The notes under the pieces are model-generated. The model did not search any database, was not told the DNA's origin, and saw nothing but the letters and a program-made list of their open reading frames with translations. This document shows, piece by piece, positions 19,647 to 28,472 of a stretch of DNA of 64,000 bases (its first letter is position 1; each line of letters opens with the position of its first letter). Source of the DNA: Syntrophales bacterium (GTDB lineage Bacteria > Desulfobacterota > Syntrophia > Syntrophales > UBA8958); assembly GCA_026416455.1 (NCBI GenBank), contig JAOAFE010000009.1, positions 6,460 through 70,459 on the forward strand. Reading direction: 5' to 3'. The position numbers and the translations under genes were made by a program.

Positions 19647-20555
19647 ATGGCGACCAACCAGGTAATCTATGAAACCCATCTTCCGGGGTTAAAACAGGTA
19701 GGGCGGGGAAAGGTGAGAGATATCTATGAGGTGGATTCATGTCTCCTGATCGTAGCGACGGATAGAATTTCTGCTTTCGATGTCGTAATGAGCGATCCGA
19801 TCCCCGGGAAAGGAGAAGTTCTAACGAGGCTTTCAGCATTTTGGTTTTCTCGCATGGCGGACATTATACCTCATCATTTGATCTCCACCGAGCCGGAAGA
19901 GTATCCCCATGAGTGTCAACCGTATCGGGATATATTACGGGGCCGGAGTATGCTCGTGAAGAAAGCCCAACCTCTACCGGTAGAATGCATCATCCGTGGC
20001 TATTTAAGCGGATCGGGATGGGAAGATTACAAGCGTTCCCGCTCCATTTCCGGCATTCCTCTACCGGAGGGTTTAAAGGAATCAAGTCGTCTGCCCACCC
20101 CCATCTTTACCCCTTCGACCAAGGCCCCTCAGGGGGAACACGATATAACCATCACCCGGGCCGAGGTCGAAAGAGTTATAGGAAAAGACTTGACGGAGGA
20201 GATGGTACAGGCGGCAATTACCATCTACAATCGGGCCTGTAAAATAGCAGAGCAAGCGGGCATAATTATAGCCGACACAAAGATGGAGTTTGGTTTGTAC
20301 GAAGGTAGGCTCATGCTAATCGACGAGCTTCTCACGCCCGATTCATCTCGCTTCTGGCCTCTGGATGAGTATGAAGAAGGTAGACCTCAAAGAAGTTTCG
20401 ACAAGCAATTCTTACGGGACTACCTCGTATCGGTGAAATGGGATAAGAATCCTCCCCCCCCCTCGCTTCCGCGTGAAATTATTGAAAAGACGGCAGCCAA
20501 GTATCGGGAGGCGCTGGAGAGAATCACGGCGGTTAACTTGACATCACTCAAGTGA
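19647..20555 (+). CDS. purC: phosphoribosylaminoimidazole-succinocarboxamide synthase (long form)
   Basis: GKVRDIYEV...LLIVATDRISAFD, IIADTKMEFG, TPDSSRFW motifs. Confidence 0.9.
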   Translation: MATNQVIYETHLPGLKQVGRGKVRDIYEVDSCLLIVATDRISAFDVVMSDPIPGKGEVLTRLSAFWFSRMADIIPHHLISTEPEEYPHECQPYRDILRGRSMLVKKAQPLPVECIIRGYLSGSGWEDYKRSRSISGIPLPEGLKESSRLPTPIFTPSTKAPQGEHDITITRAEVERVIGKDLTEEMVQAAITIYNRACKIAEQAGIIIADTKMEFGLYEGRLMLIDELLTPDSSRFWPLDEYEEGRPQRSFDKQFLRDYLVSVKWDKNPPPPSLPREIIEKTAAKYREALERITAVNLTSLK

Positions 20556-20618
20556 ATCAATACTATAAATTGCAATGCACATTCACTTAAGGGCACGTAA
20601 GTTGGTTGGTAGTCGATT

Positions 20619-21683
20619 ATGGCCAAAAGATGTTACTATGAAATACTGGGGGTTTCACGAACAGCAACGGAGGAAGAGATCAAAAAGAATTACCGGAAGT
20701 TAGCCCTTAAATACCACCCCGACCGTAACCCCGGAGATAAAGAAGCGGAAGAGAAGTTCAAAGAGGCAGCAGAAGCTTACGAGGTACTGAGCGACCCGGA
20801 GAAGAGAGCGATCTATGATCGTTACGGCCATGATGGGCTGGCCAGTACGGGTTTCCAGGGTTTCCGTGGATTTGATGACATTTTTGCCAGTTTCAGTGAT
20901 ATCTTCAGCGATATCTTTGGGTTTAGCAACGGTACCAGAAGCCGTACTGCGGCTCGGGCGGGGGTGGATCTCAGGTATGATTTGCGCATCTCTTTTATGG
21001 AAGCGGCTTTAGGAGTGACGAAAGAAATTGAGATTGAGAAGTATGCGAGGTGTTCGGCCTGTAAAGGATATGGTACGGCCCCTGGCACGAGTCCTGAGAT
21101 GTGTCCGCGATGTCGCGGGCGGGGACAGATAAGCCAGACAAGTGGTTTCTTCAGCATCTCGACGACCTGTCCCCACTGCCACGGCTATGGTCAGATCATT
21201 ACCACTCCCTGCCCTACCTGCCGAGGTCTGGGTAAAAGAAAAGTATCGAAGACGTTGCAGGTTAAAATCCCCGCAGGAGTTGATACGGGTTCCCGTTTGC
21301 GCCTGCGGGGGGAGGGAGAAGAGGGGGAGCATGGAGGACCGAATGGGGATCTTTACGTCTTCATTCACGTAGATGAACACGAGTTTTTTAAGCGCCACGA
21401 TTGTGACATTTACTGCAAAGTGCCCATTTCTTTTGTCCAAGCGGCTCTAGGAGCCACGATAGAGGTGCCGACGCTAACGGGAACAGAGAAGTTAAAAATA
21501 CCTCGGGGTACCCAGAGTGGTAAAATTTTTCGACTCAAAGGTAAGGGCATCCCGAATTTAAGAGGATTGGGACGGGGGGATCAGATAATAGAAACGGTTA
21601 TAACTGTACCAACGAACCTGACGAGGCGGCAGGAGGAACTTTTAAAAGAATTTGCCCGCTTAAGCGAGGGTCAAGAGGCTTAA
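20619..21683 (+). CDS. dnaJ: molecular chaperone DnaJ
   Basis: J-domain YYEILGV...YHPDRNP, G/F-rich linker, and four CxxCxGxG zinc-finger repeats ([32 protein letters not shown]). Confidence 0.95.
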   Translation: MAKRCYYEILGVSRTATEEEIKKNYRKLALKYHPDRNPGDKEAEEKFKEAAEAYEVLSDPEKRAIYDRYGHDGLASTGFQGFRGFDDIFASFSDIFSDIFGFSNGTRSRTAARAGVDLRYDLRISFMEAALGVTKEIEIEKYARCSACKGYGTAPGTSPEMCPRCRGRGQISQTSGFFSISTTCPHCHGYGQIITTPCPTCRGLGKRKVSKTLQVKIPAGVDTGSRLRLRGEGEEGEHGGPNGDLYVFIHVDEHEFFKRHDCDIYCKVPISFVQAALGATIEVPTLTGTEKLKIPRGTQSGKIFRLKGKGIPNLRGLGRGDQIIETVITVPTNLTRRQEELLKEFARLSEGQEA

Positions 21684-21704
21684 AAAGGAAGGGGGAAGGG
21701 GTAT

Positions 21705-22109
21705 ATGAGAGAATCACGGCCGTTCGCTTTATTTTTATTGGCGGCATTGTTAGTTGTTTCATGTTTGGGATGTACAGCGGCCGTTGTTGGGACGGCGGCT
21801 GTTGGAACCGGTATCGGCACCTACATTTATTTCGAAGGCGTACTGAAGACAGATTACTATTACCCCTTCGAACAGGTGTGGAAGGCAACTGAGCGGGCCC
21901 TCAACAGTCTCAAAGCGACAGAAGTCCTGCCAACGAAAAAGATAGGAGAAGGGTCGATTAGTTGTGTCATCAACGGTCAAAAGGTGTGGATAAAAATTTT
22001 GTACAAAGATAAAAATGTGACCAACGTAGGAGTTCGGGTCGGGGTCTTAGGGGACGAAAGGGCCTCCAAGATGATTCACGGTGTAATTCAAGACCATGTG
22101 AAAAATTAG
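21705..22109 (+). CDS. small putative lipoprotein
   Basis: 134 aa. Signal sequence with lipobox LLVVSC. The architecture resembles the small DUF3568-type lipoproteins, but that family call is tentative. Confidence 0.55.
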   Translation: MRESRPFALFLLAALLVVSCLGCTAAVVGTAAVGTGIGTYIYFEGVLKTDYYYPFEQVWKATERALNSLKATEVLPTKKIGEGSISCVINGQKVWIKILYKDKNVTNVGVRVGVLGDERASKMIHGVIQDHVKN

Positions 22110-22121
22110 GACATCTGACCC

Positions 22122-23036
22122 GTGATGAAGCGCTCTTTTCCTTTCGGAATAATTCTTTTTCTACTTTTTTTGTGCGTTTCTCCCCCTTTTGTCGGGGCCA
22201 CGGAGAAGACGGAGGGGAAATGGGTCATTCCTCTTTTCTCCTTACCACAAGAATTATACCTCTTCGGAGAGAGGGTGCCGCTTGAAAAAATAGAGGTGAG
22301 AGAAAGCCTGGATCAGGCTTTGATCAGTGCTGTTTACAATCCATCGCAAGTGATAATGTGGATCAAGAGGGCCCATCGCTATTTCCCATATGTGGAAAAG
22401 AGATTAAAAGAAAGGAATATGCCGGAGGATTTGAAGTATATTGTCGTGGTGGAGAGTGCATTTAGGACATACGCCGTTTCTTCTGCCAATGCCGTTGGCC
22501 CTTGGCAATTTATCAAATCGACGGCACAAAAATATAATTTGCGCGTTGATAAATGGGTGGATGAGCGCCTTAATTTTGAGAAGGCAACGGAAGCTGCCCT
22601 AAACTACCTTTCCGATCTATACGGCATGTTCAATTCTTGGAACTTGGCGGTGGCCGCCTATAACTGTGGAGAAAATAAAATGGGTTCCAGCCTCTCTCGT
22701 CAACAGACCGATAATTATTTTGATACTGATTTGCCCCTGGAAACCGAGATGTACAATTTTCGTATCATGGCAGCGAAACTTATCCTGTCCCAACCCGAGG
22801 CCTATGGGTATAAAGTCCCCCTTTCCCATAGGTACCCTCCACTTAAATTTGAGACGGTGGAAATAAATCTCAAGTCAGAAACACCGATTCTTGCCATTGC
22901 CCAAGCGGCGGGAACGACTTTTAAGGTGATAAAAGAACTGAATCCGGAGATCTTGCGCTACGAACTTCCGGCCGGTACCTACCGCATCAAGGTACCACCG
23001 GGGACCTCAAGTAAGGTAAAGGCTGCCTTCCCATAG
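22122..23036 (+). CDS. lytic transglycosylase (SLT domain, MltD-like, C-terminal LysM-like segment)
   Basis: Signal peptide. SLT catalytic motif VVVESAFRTYAVSSANAVGPWQF...AAYNCG. C-terminal ILAIAQAAGTTFKVIKELNP is LysM-like. Confidence 0.8.
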   Translation: MMKRSFPFGIILFLLFLCVSPPFVGATEKTEGKWVIPLFSLPQELYLFGERVPLEKIEVRESLDQALISAVYNPSQVIMWIKRAHRYFPYVEKRLKERNMPEDLKYIVVVESAFRTYAVSSANAVGPWQFIKSTAQKYNLRVDKWVDERLNFEKATEAALNYLSDLYGMFNSWNLAVAAYNCGENKMGSSLSRQQTDNYFDTDLPLETEMYNFRIMAAKLILSQPEAYGYKVPLSHRYPPLKFETVEINLKSETPILAIAQAAGTTFKVIKELNPEILRYELPAGTYRIKVPPGTSSKVKAAFP

Positions 23037-23290
23037 GCTGATTGTCCCCTATCTTTTTCCATCAGACAATCACCTATATAAGAGAACACGTGTTTCTCAT
23101 TTGCCTTTCAGACTGTGACCTATTGCTTGATTTGGAGGGGAGGTTTAACATCGTGCCAACTCTGGAGGGAAGAGTTAAAAGAAGTTTGGAGGTAAGAAAA
23201 GAATATTTAGCAATCCACCAAATTCTATATATGCGGTTTCGATATAGCCGCATCTCTTCCTTTTTTCTCCTGTCTGTCACTCCCCCAATG

Positions 23291-23334
23291 CCCCTGTCCG
23301 TCTAACCCTCCCGGACAGGGGTCCCTCTTTTTTT
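23291..23334 (+). terminator. intrinsic terminator in the convergent intergenic region
   Basis: Perfect 10-bp GC-rich stem CCCCTGTCCG / CGGACAGGGG (23291-23300 / 23312-23321) with an 11-nt loop, followed by TCCCTCTTTTTTT. Confidence 0.7.
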
Positions 23335-23346
23335 AGGTTTAAATTT

Positions 23347-24492
23347 CTATGCCCAAGACTCACGGGAGAAGAGCCGTGCCGTTAACATTTTTCTATCGAA
23401 GTGAGCGACCGCAAAAGCGCGGGCTTCACGTCCCATTTCTTGCCTTTTTTCTTTGTTTTTGAGCAGAAAAGAAATTTTTTGTGCCAGGTCCTGGGGGTCA
23501 TCCGGCTCATTGAGAAGGGCTGCTGTGCTCCCCTCGGTTATTTCTCGGACCGCTTCGATATTACTTGCTACGACAGGCTTTCCGGCTGCCATATAATCGA
23601 AAATTTTGACGGGAGAAGATTGGTTACTCTCCCTTCGGTGAGGGGCGACACAGATGTCCATCACTCCTAAATATAGGGGCACATCTTCGTACGGTACTTG
23701 CCCGGAAAAGACGAAGTACTTTTCCAGCCTCTTTTTTTTAACCTCCTGCTCCCAATTTTTTCTCCTGGGACCGTCTCCGACGAGCAAAAATCTCACACCT
23801 TTTTCTTCGGCCAAAATGTATGGAGCCGCTTCGATCAACGTTTCTACGCCTTGATAGGGGAGAAAGGAACCGACAAAGCCAATATATATTAACTGAGGGT
23901 CAAAACCAAGGCGCTGGCAGGCTTCTTCTTTCGGGCGGGGAGTAAACAGATCGGTATCCGTTCCGCTGGGAAAGACCAGGATCTTATGTGTTTCCATACC
24001 CTCAATCTTTTCCATTCTCCGCTTCGTTTCTTGGGAAAGAACGATAACGTAATGGGACAACTTAAAACATAAACGGTCGATCGACCGTACAAGAGACCGT
24101 TTAATTGGAGGATATAGGGAGTAGGCTAGGTATGGGTCATTGGGAACCTCAAAATAGATATAGGCACCCATTAGGCGGGCAACTAAGAGGGGCAAAAAGG
24201 AGTTCATCTGTCGTACGTATACGAATTTCTGCTTCGCCAGGCACCGGAAGAAGACGTAGAGGGGGCATAAGAAATGGAAGGTAAGAGGACGTAAAACAGG
24301 CCAATCGAGGAAGGGAATCTCATCGACTGGCGCCTGGGTTTGGGTACGGGGGAAACCCAGCTTCGGCAAAATTAAGCGCACTTCATAGCCGAGGGCGAGG
24401 AGATTATCGGCTAGACTGAACATTCGAATTAAGCCGCCCTTCTTTTTTTTGAATCGGGGATCATGCCAGTAGGCAACGATCAGACATTTCAT
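23347..24492 (-). CDS. glycosyltransferase family 4 (GT-B, EPS locus)
   Basis: Start set at MKCLIVAYW, an ATGA overlap with the upstream GT2 stop. C-terminal RFLLVGDGP...VAPHRRESNQSSPVKIFDYMAAGKPVVAS is the GT4 E-x7-E-type region. Confidence 0.85.
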   Translation of the reverse strand: MKCLIVAYWHDPRFKKKKGGLIRMFSLADNLLALGYEVRLILPKLGFPRTQTQAPVDEIPFLDWPVLRPLTFHFLCPLYVFFRCLAKQKFVYVRQMNSFLPLLVARLMGAYIYFEVPNDPYLAYSLYPPIKRSLVRSIDRLCFKLSHYVIVLSQETKRRMEKIEGMETHKILVFPSGTDTDLFTPRPKEEACQRLGFDPQLIYIGFVGSFLPYQGVETLIEAAPYILAEEKGVRFLLVGDGPRRKNWEQEVKKKRLEKYFVFSGQVPYEDVPLYLGVMDICVAPHRRESNQSSPVKIFDYMAAGKPVVASNIEAVREITEGSTAALLNEPDDPQDLAQKISFLLKNKEKRQEMGREARAFAVAHFDRKMLTARLFSRESWA

Positions 24493-25301
24493 ATCTTCTT
24501 CCCCGTCAATGGAATTAGTAGCCATGCTGCCCATGCGTGGAGGAGAGAAAAATTTTTTCGAAAGTAATGAAAAATGCTGTGCCGATATACCCGATAAAGG
24601 TCTTCTTTCTTCTCTTTCGAGCTTCCCCCAAATAAATGGATGATTTCTGCGGACGGTTCATAGATGATTTGGTACCCTTTTTTCGATACTTGGAGACAGA
24701 GGTCCATATCTTCGCAGTAAAAGAAATAAGCCTCATCGAACCCTCCAACCTCGACAAAAACTGGCCTTTTGACCAAAAGGCAAGCCCCACTTAGCCACGG
24801 TACCGCCCGACGATGAGTAAAATCGTATTGCGTATAGTGCAGTCTGTATCGCTCGACGTTGATGAATTGAGAGAGTTTATCGGATCCGGCAAAGAGCATA
24901 GGCAAGGTAAGAAATCGCATATAAGATCTGGTAGGTTGCCCTTGAACGTTTAATATCTTAGGTCCTACTATGCCTGTAAATTCACTTTCCATCAAGGTTC
25001 GGTAAAGGATGGAGATAGCATTTTTCTTTATCAGCGTATCGCTATTCAAAAACAGTAGGGCATCACCGCTGGCGTTTTGGGCTCCCAGGTTGTTCGCCCG
25101 AGAAAAGCCGAGATTGGCTTTGTTTTCAATAAGAATGACCTCGGGAAACTGGGTCTTTATCATTTCTCCCGAACCATCGGTGGAGCCGTTATCTACTACG
25201 ATAACTTGCCTAGATAATCCTTCCACACCTTCTGGTAAGGTTTTAAGGCAGGCCGCGAGGAGTTCTTTTGTGTTGTAGTTTACGATGATGACGGAAACCA
25301 A
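24489..25301 (-). CDS. glycosyltransferase family 2
   Basis: TTG start. VSVIIVNYNTKELLAACL...VVDNGSTDGS...FLNSDT (DxD-type) and the CEDMDLC motif typical of rhamnosyl-type GT2 enzymes. Confidence 0.85.
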   Translation of the reverse strand: MVSVIIVNYNTKELLAACLKTLPEGVEGLSRQVIVVDNGSTDGSGEMIKTQFPEVILIENKANLGFSRANNLGAQNASGDALLFLNSDTLIKKNAISILYRTLMESEFTGIVGPKILNVQGQPTRSYMRFLTLPMLFAGSDKLSQFINVERYRLHYTQYDFTHRRAVPWLSGACLLVKRPVFVEVGGFDEAYFFYCEDMDLCLQVSKKGYQIIYEPSAEIIHLFGGSSKEKKEDLYRVYRHSIFHYFRKNFSLLHAWAAWLLIPLTGKKI

Positions 25302-26780
25302 TTATTTCACCTTAAAAAGGCTGCTTATTCTCTTAAGAGAAAATTTTATCAGATCCATGCCAATTTTTACCCCAAAAATATGCAGAGATAGAGCGTAGAT
25401 GAAAAGACCGGTAATGATTTCGGTTGAAAGGCGGAGGAAAATGCCCATGTCCGTCATGTGCGGTTTTAAAATGAGCAAGGTTGTCGTCATGAAAGTGACT
25501 GAAACGATTGGAGGCAGAAGGATTTTCAGATGCAGGAAGTAAGACAGGTTCGCAAGCCTCTTAAGGAGGATGAGGGATGAAAGAAAGACTGACACGTTAC
25601 CAGCTAAAAGGGCCCACGCCGCGCCGATTATGCCATGCATATGGGTCAAGGGAAAGATAAGTAGGGCAATTACGATAAGGTTGAATCCCTGGAAAAGGGC
25701 CTCGTATTTAGGAAGTCCCAGCGCCAGGAACACTGGGTAGGCCAGGCGGCCAATGGTGGCCAAGAGACCTGAAATAACCAACACTTTGAGACAAGGGATT
25801 AAATTCATCCATTGGTGGCCAAGAAGAACAAAAACGATATCATCCGCCAGCGCTAATATTAATAGGCCAATCGGCAAGGAGATCGCCGATGCCAGTTGGC
25901 ATACCTTAACATACGCTCTCTTTAGCCCTTCCATATCGTCCTGCAGGATCGAGAAGGTTGGGAAAGTTACTTGACGAATGAGGTAGGAGATTTCCGTGGT
26001 GGCAATGGTTGCGATCGTCATGGCCATTTGGTAGAGGCCTACGTCTTTAGCCCCTCGGATTTTTCCGATGGCGAAGATGTCTATTTGCACTTGTAGGGCG
26101 TAAACGATGCCCGTTCCCAGAATCCACTTTCCGAAGTTGAAGAGGCTTTTGACATGTTGGGGAGAGAAAGAGAGGGTGGGGCGGTAGGGATGAATTAGGT
26201 AAGATAGGATGAAACGTGATAAATTTCCCGCCAGTCCTCCCCAGAGAAGAGCCCAAACGTCCCTCAAAATGAGAGCGAGGCCAACGGACAAAAAGAGGTC
26301 TACCAGGGAACTTATAATCTCCAGTTTGAATGATTGGTCGAAGCGAAGCTCCTTTTGGAAAAAGACAACGCCTACGTTACGAATGCCAGTAATAATAAAA
26401 GAGATGGCGATGAATCGAATGACGAGGTCAAGGGAGGAAAGGTGAAAAAAATGAGCCGCCCAGGGGGCAATGAGAAAAGCGGCAAGGAAGAGGAAACCTC
26501 CTCGGATGGCCTGAAGCGTCCAAGCGGCGTCGATGAGATTTCTGGAAGGCTCCTTTCTTTGGATCAGAGTCGCATCGAAACCGGTTTGAGTCACGATATC
26601 AAGCACGGCGATGACAATCATGGCCATCCCTACGAGGCCGAAGTCGGCGGGGGTCAGGAGTCGTGCCAGAATGATGGAGCGGATTAGGCCGAGAAAGCGA
26701 GTTGATACACGCAAGGCAAGGAGCCAGAGTCCCCCGGAAATGGCTTTCTGGCTTAAGGCCTGTCTGTCCGTTACAATCAT
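25302..26780 (-). CDS. Wzx-like polysaccharide flippase (MOP superfamily)
   Basis: 492-aa polytopic membrane protein. LILARLLTPADFGL motif typical of polysaccharide biosynthesis/export proteins. ATGA overlap with the upstream gene. Confidence 0.8.
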   Translation of the reverse strand: MIVTDRQALSQKAISGGLWLLALRVSTRFLGLIRSIILARLLTPADFGLVGMAMIVIAVLDIVTQTGFDATLIQRKEPSRNLIDAAWTLQAIRGGFLFLAAFLIAPWAAHFFHLSSLDLVIRFIAISFIITGIRNVGVVFFQKELRFDQSFKLEIISSLVDLFLSVGLALILRDVWALLWGGLAGNLSRFILSYLIHPYRPTLSFSPQHVKSLFNFGKWILGTGIVYALQVQIDIFAIGKIRGAKDVGLYQMAMTIATIATTEISYLIRQVTFPTFSILQDDMEGLKRAYVKVCQLASAISLPIGLLILALADDIVFVLLGHQWMNLIPCLKVLVISGLLATIGRLAYPVFLALGLPKYEALFQGFNLIVIALLIFPLTHMHGIIGAAWALLAGNVSVFLSSLILLKRLANLSYFLHLKILLPPIVSVTFMTTTLLILKPHMTDMGIFLRLSTEIITGLFIYALSLHIFGVKIGMDLIKFSLKRISSLFKVK

Positions 26781-28174
26781 GGAGTACGTTCTGTTTTTGC
26801 AAATTCGCCCGCTTCAATACGGGGAATCATGATGACCATGGCGGTAAGAAACCAGAAAGGCTCCATAATTCTCACAATGATGAAGGTGTTGGCCCCTATG
26901 CCATGGGTAAGAAGGCCAAAAAAACCGACCAAGTAGCCTAACGTGAGACCTTTATAAAAGGGGTTAACGGTTTCCTTGAGGGTGGCTTTGGCATTCCGGT
27001 AAATTCGCCACAGGAGGTTAATGAAGGCAAGAAAACCAAGCAATCCCGACTCAGCCAAGACCCGCGCGTACTGGGCATCGAGAAATGAGTAGCCCGTAAC
27101 CCCATAACCTAAGATGGGTTGCTTTAAAAAATCACGGGTAAGCACTATCTTCATAGACATAAGACGGGCGGAGGTGGAGGTATCGACCCGGGTGCCTGCA
27201 ATTTCCAGCTGGCCTTGTTCCCTCGGTTGGGTGATGGTGAAAAGAAGTCTCTCCTGAACGCTCTTTGGTGTAACAAAGGGAAGGGAAAGGAAGAAGGCGA
27301 TGATACCCAGCAAGATCCATTTACGCATTTCTTTTTCGGAAAAATAAATGAGGGCAAGTGACATCGGCCCCAGGGCAATCCAGGAGGAGCGGGAGAGGGT
27401 CGCAGCCAGGGCAACGAAGCTGAAAAATAGGACGACCAGTAGATAAAATTTTTGCTTAGCCGTGCCCCAGTGCAAAAAAAGACCGATCATGATGGCAATC
27501 ATCAATATTAGATAGCCTCCCAGTGTGTTGGGCTCTCCGTGAGAACCTTCAAACGGAGCTGAAGCCCTCTGTCCCTGGTACATGTAAGTCAAGGCATTGA
27601 GGGAAACGAGAAGACAGACGACGATCATAGTTGCTACGAATCTTTTGATTTGTTTTTCCTCTCTTAAGTGGTTTACGGCCATGAAATAGACGATGTAGTA
27701 TTCGAAGTATTTAAGGAGAAAGAAGATACCGGCCGTGCCCTTGACGCGCCCCATCATGTACCCGAGAATGGTGGAGGAAACGCAGATGATAAAGTAGATG
27801 GCAATAGGAATGTTAAGGGGCGTCCGAAGAAAAAGCCCCAGCTCCTTCTGAATGGCCGTTTTAAAAAACCATGTCAGGCCGATAATGGCGAGGAGAAAAT
27901 CGTCAACCCGTAGGGTAATACCGCGACCACGAACCATCTCTCCTTCAGCCCCGGGGAGGCCCACCTGAGGACTCAACAGCATGGCAACAACCAGGACGTA
28001 GAGCCCGAATTCGGGGTTGGTGAAACTGAAAATGGCAATGATGAGGCCAATTACCACTACTGCCGAAAGGGCAATGGATATTTTCGCGGTGACGATGGCG
28101 CTCGCGAGGGCAAGAAGGACTATAAGGGCCAAGACGATGGGTACACTTCTCGTTTCAGAACCGGTCATAGGCAT
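26777..28174 (-). CDS. O-antigen ligase/polymerase-like membrane protein (Wzy_C-type, exosortase-locus associated)
   Basis: Polytopic membrane protein. FSFVALAATLSRSSWIAL matches the O-antigen ligase (Wzy_C) loop motif. ATG at 28174 is preferred because of the GAGGG Shine-Dalgarno; the alternative is a TTG at 28201 overlapping the upstream stop. Confidence 0.7.
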   Translation of the reverse strand: MPMTGSETRSVPIVLALIVLLALASAIVTAKISIALSAVVVIGLIIAIFSFTNPEFGLYVLVVAMLLSPQVGLPGAEGEMVRGRGITLRVDDFLLAIIGLTWFFKTAIQKELGLFLRTPLNIPIAIYFIICVSSTILGYMMGRVKGTAGIFFLLKYFEYYIVYFMAVNHLREEKQIKRFVATMIVVCLLVSLNALTYMYQGQRASAPFEGSHGEPNTLGGYLILMIAIMIGLFLHWGTAKQKFYLLVVLFFSFVALAATLSRSSWIALGPMSLALIYFSEKEMRKWILLGIIAFFLSLPFVTPKSVQERLLFTITQPREQGQLEIAGTRVDTSTSARLMSMKIVLTRDFLKQPILGYGVTGYSFLDAQYARVLAESGLLGFLAFINLLWRIYRNAKATLKETVNPFYKGLTLGYLVGFFGLLTHGIGANTFIIVRIMEPFWFLTAMVIMIPRIEAGEFAKTERTP

Positions 28175-28197
28175 CGCTCGACCCTCGTGATAGGTGA

Positions 28198-28458
28198 TCA
28201 ATCTTGAACACTTCGTCGCACTTTTTTATCAAGCTCGTGATATTTTCTTTCTATATCTCGAGGGGCGTAGGTTGAATCTTTTATCTCCAAATTTTCGACA
28301 AGGGGAATAATGGTATTGAGGAAGAAGATGATGAGAAAGGCAACTAACATGATAACGAGAATCCATCGGTACATGGTCCTTCTTTCTTCTTTTGTTCTGA
28401 TCTTTTTCCTTTTCCTTCTCACCCTTTCATCTGCTTGATCTTGGTTGAACATGTCCAT
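28198..28458 (-). CDS. small basic membrane protein, unknown function
   Basis: 86 aa. Highly basic N-terminus (RVRRKRKKIRTKEERR), one TM helix (WILVIMLVAFLIIFFLNTIIPLV) and a charged tail. Wedged between the kinase and ligase-like genes with an overlapping stop. Confidence 0.5.
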   Translation of the reverse strand: MDMFNQDQADERVRRKRKKIRTKEERRTMYRWILVIMLVAFLIIFFLNTIIPLVENLEIKDSTYAPRDIERKYHELDKKVRRSVQD

Positions 28459-28472
28459 TTCCTATCACATTT

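Noticed and set aside
20556-20618. A possible CIRCE/HrcA operator or heat-shock promoter upstream of dnaJ.
   Set aside because: No TTAGCACTC-N9-GAGTGCTAA-like inverted repeat is present, and I could not support a sigma-32 or sigma-70 hexamer pair convincingly.
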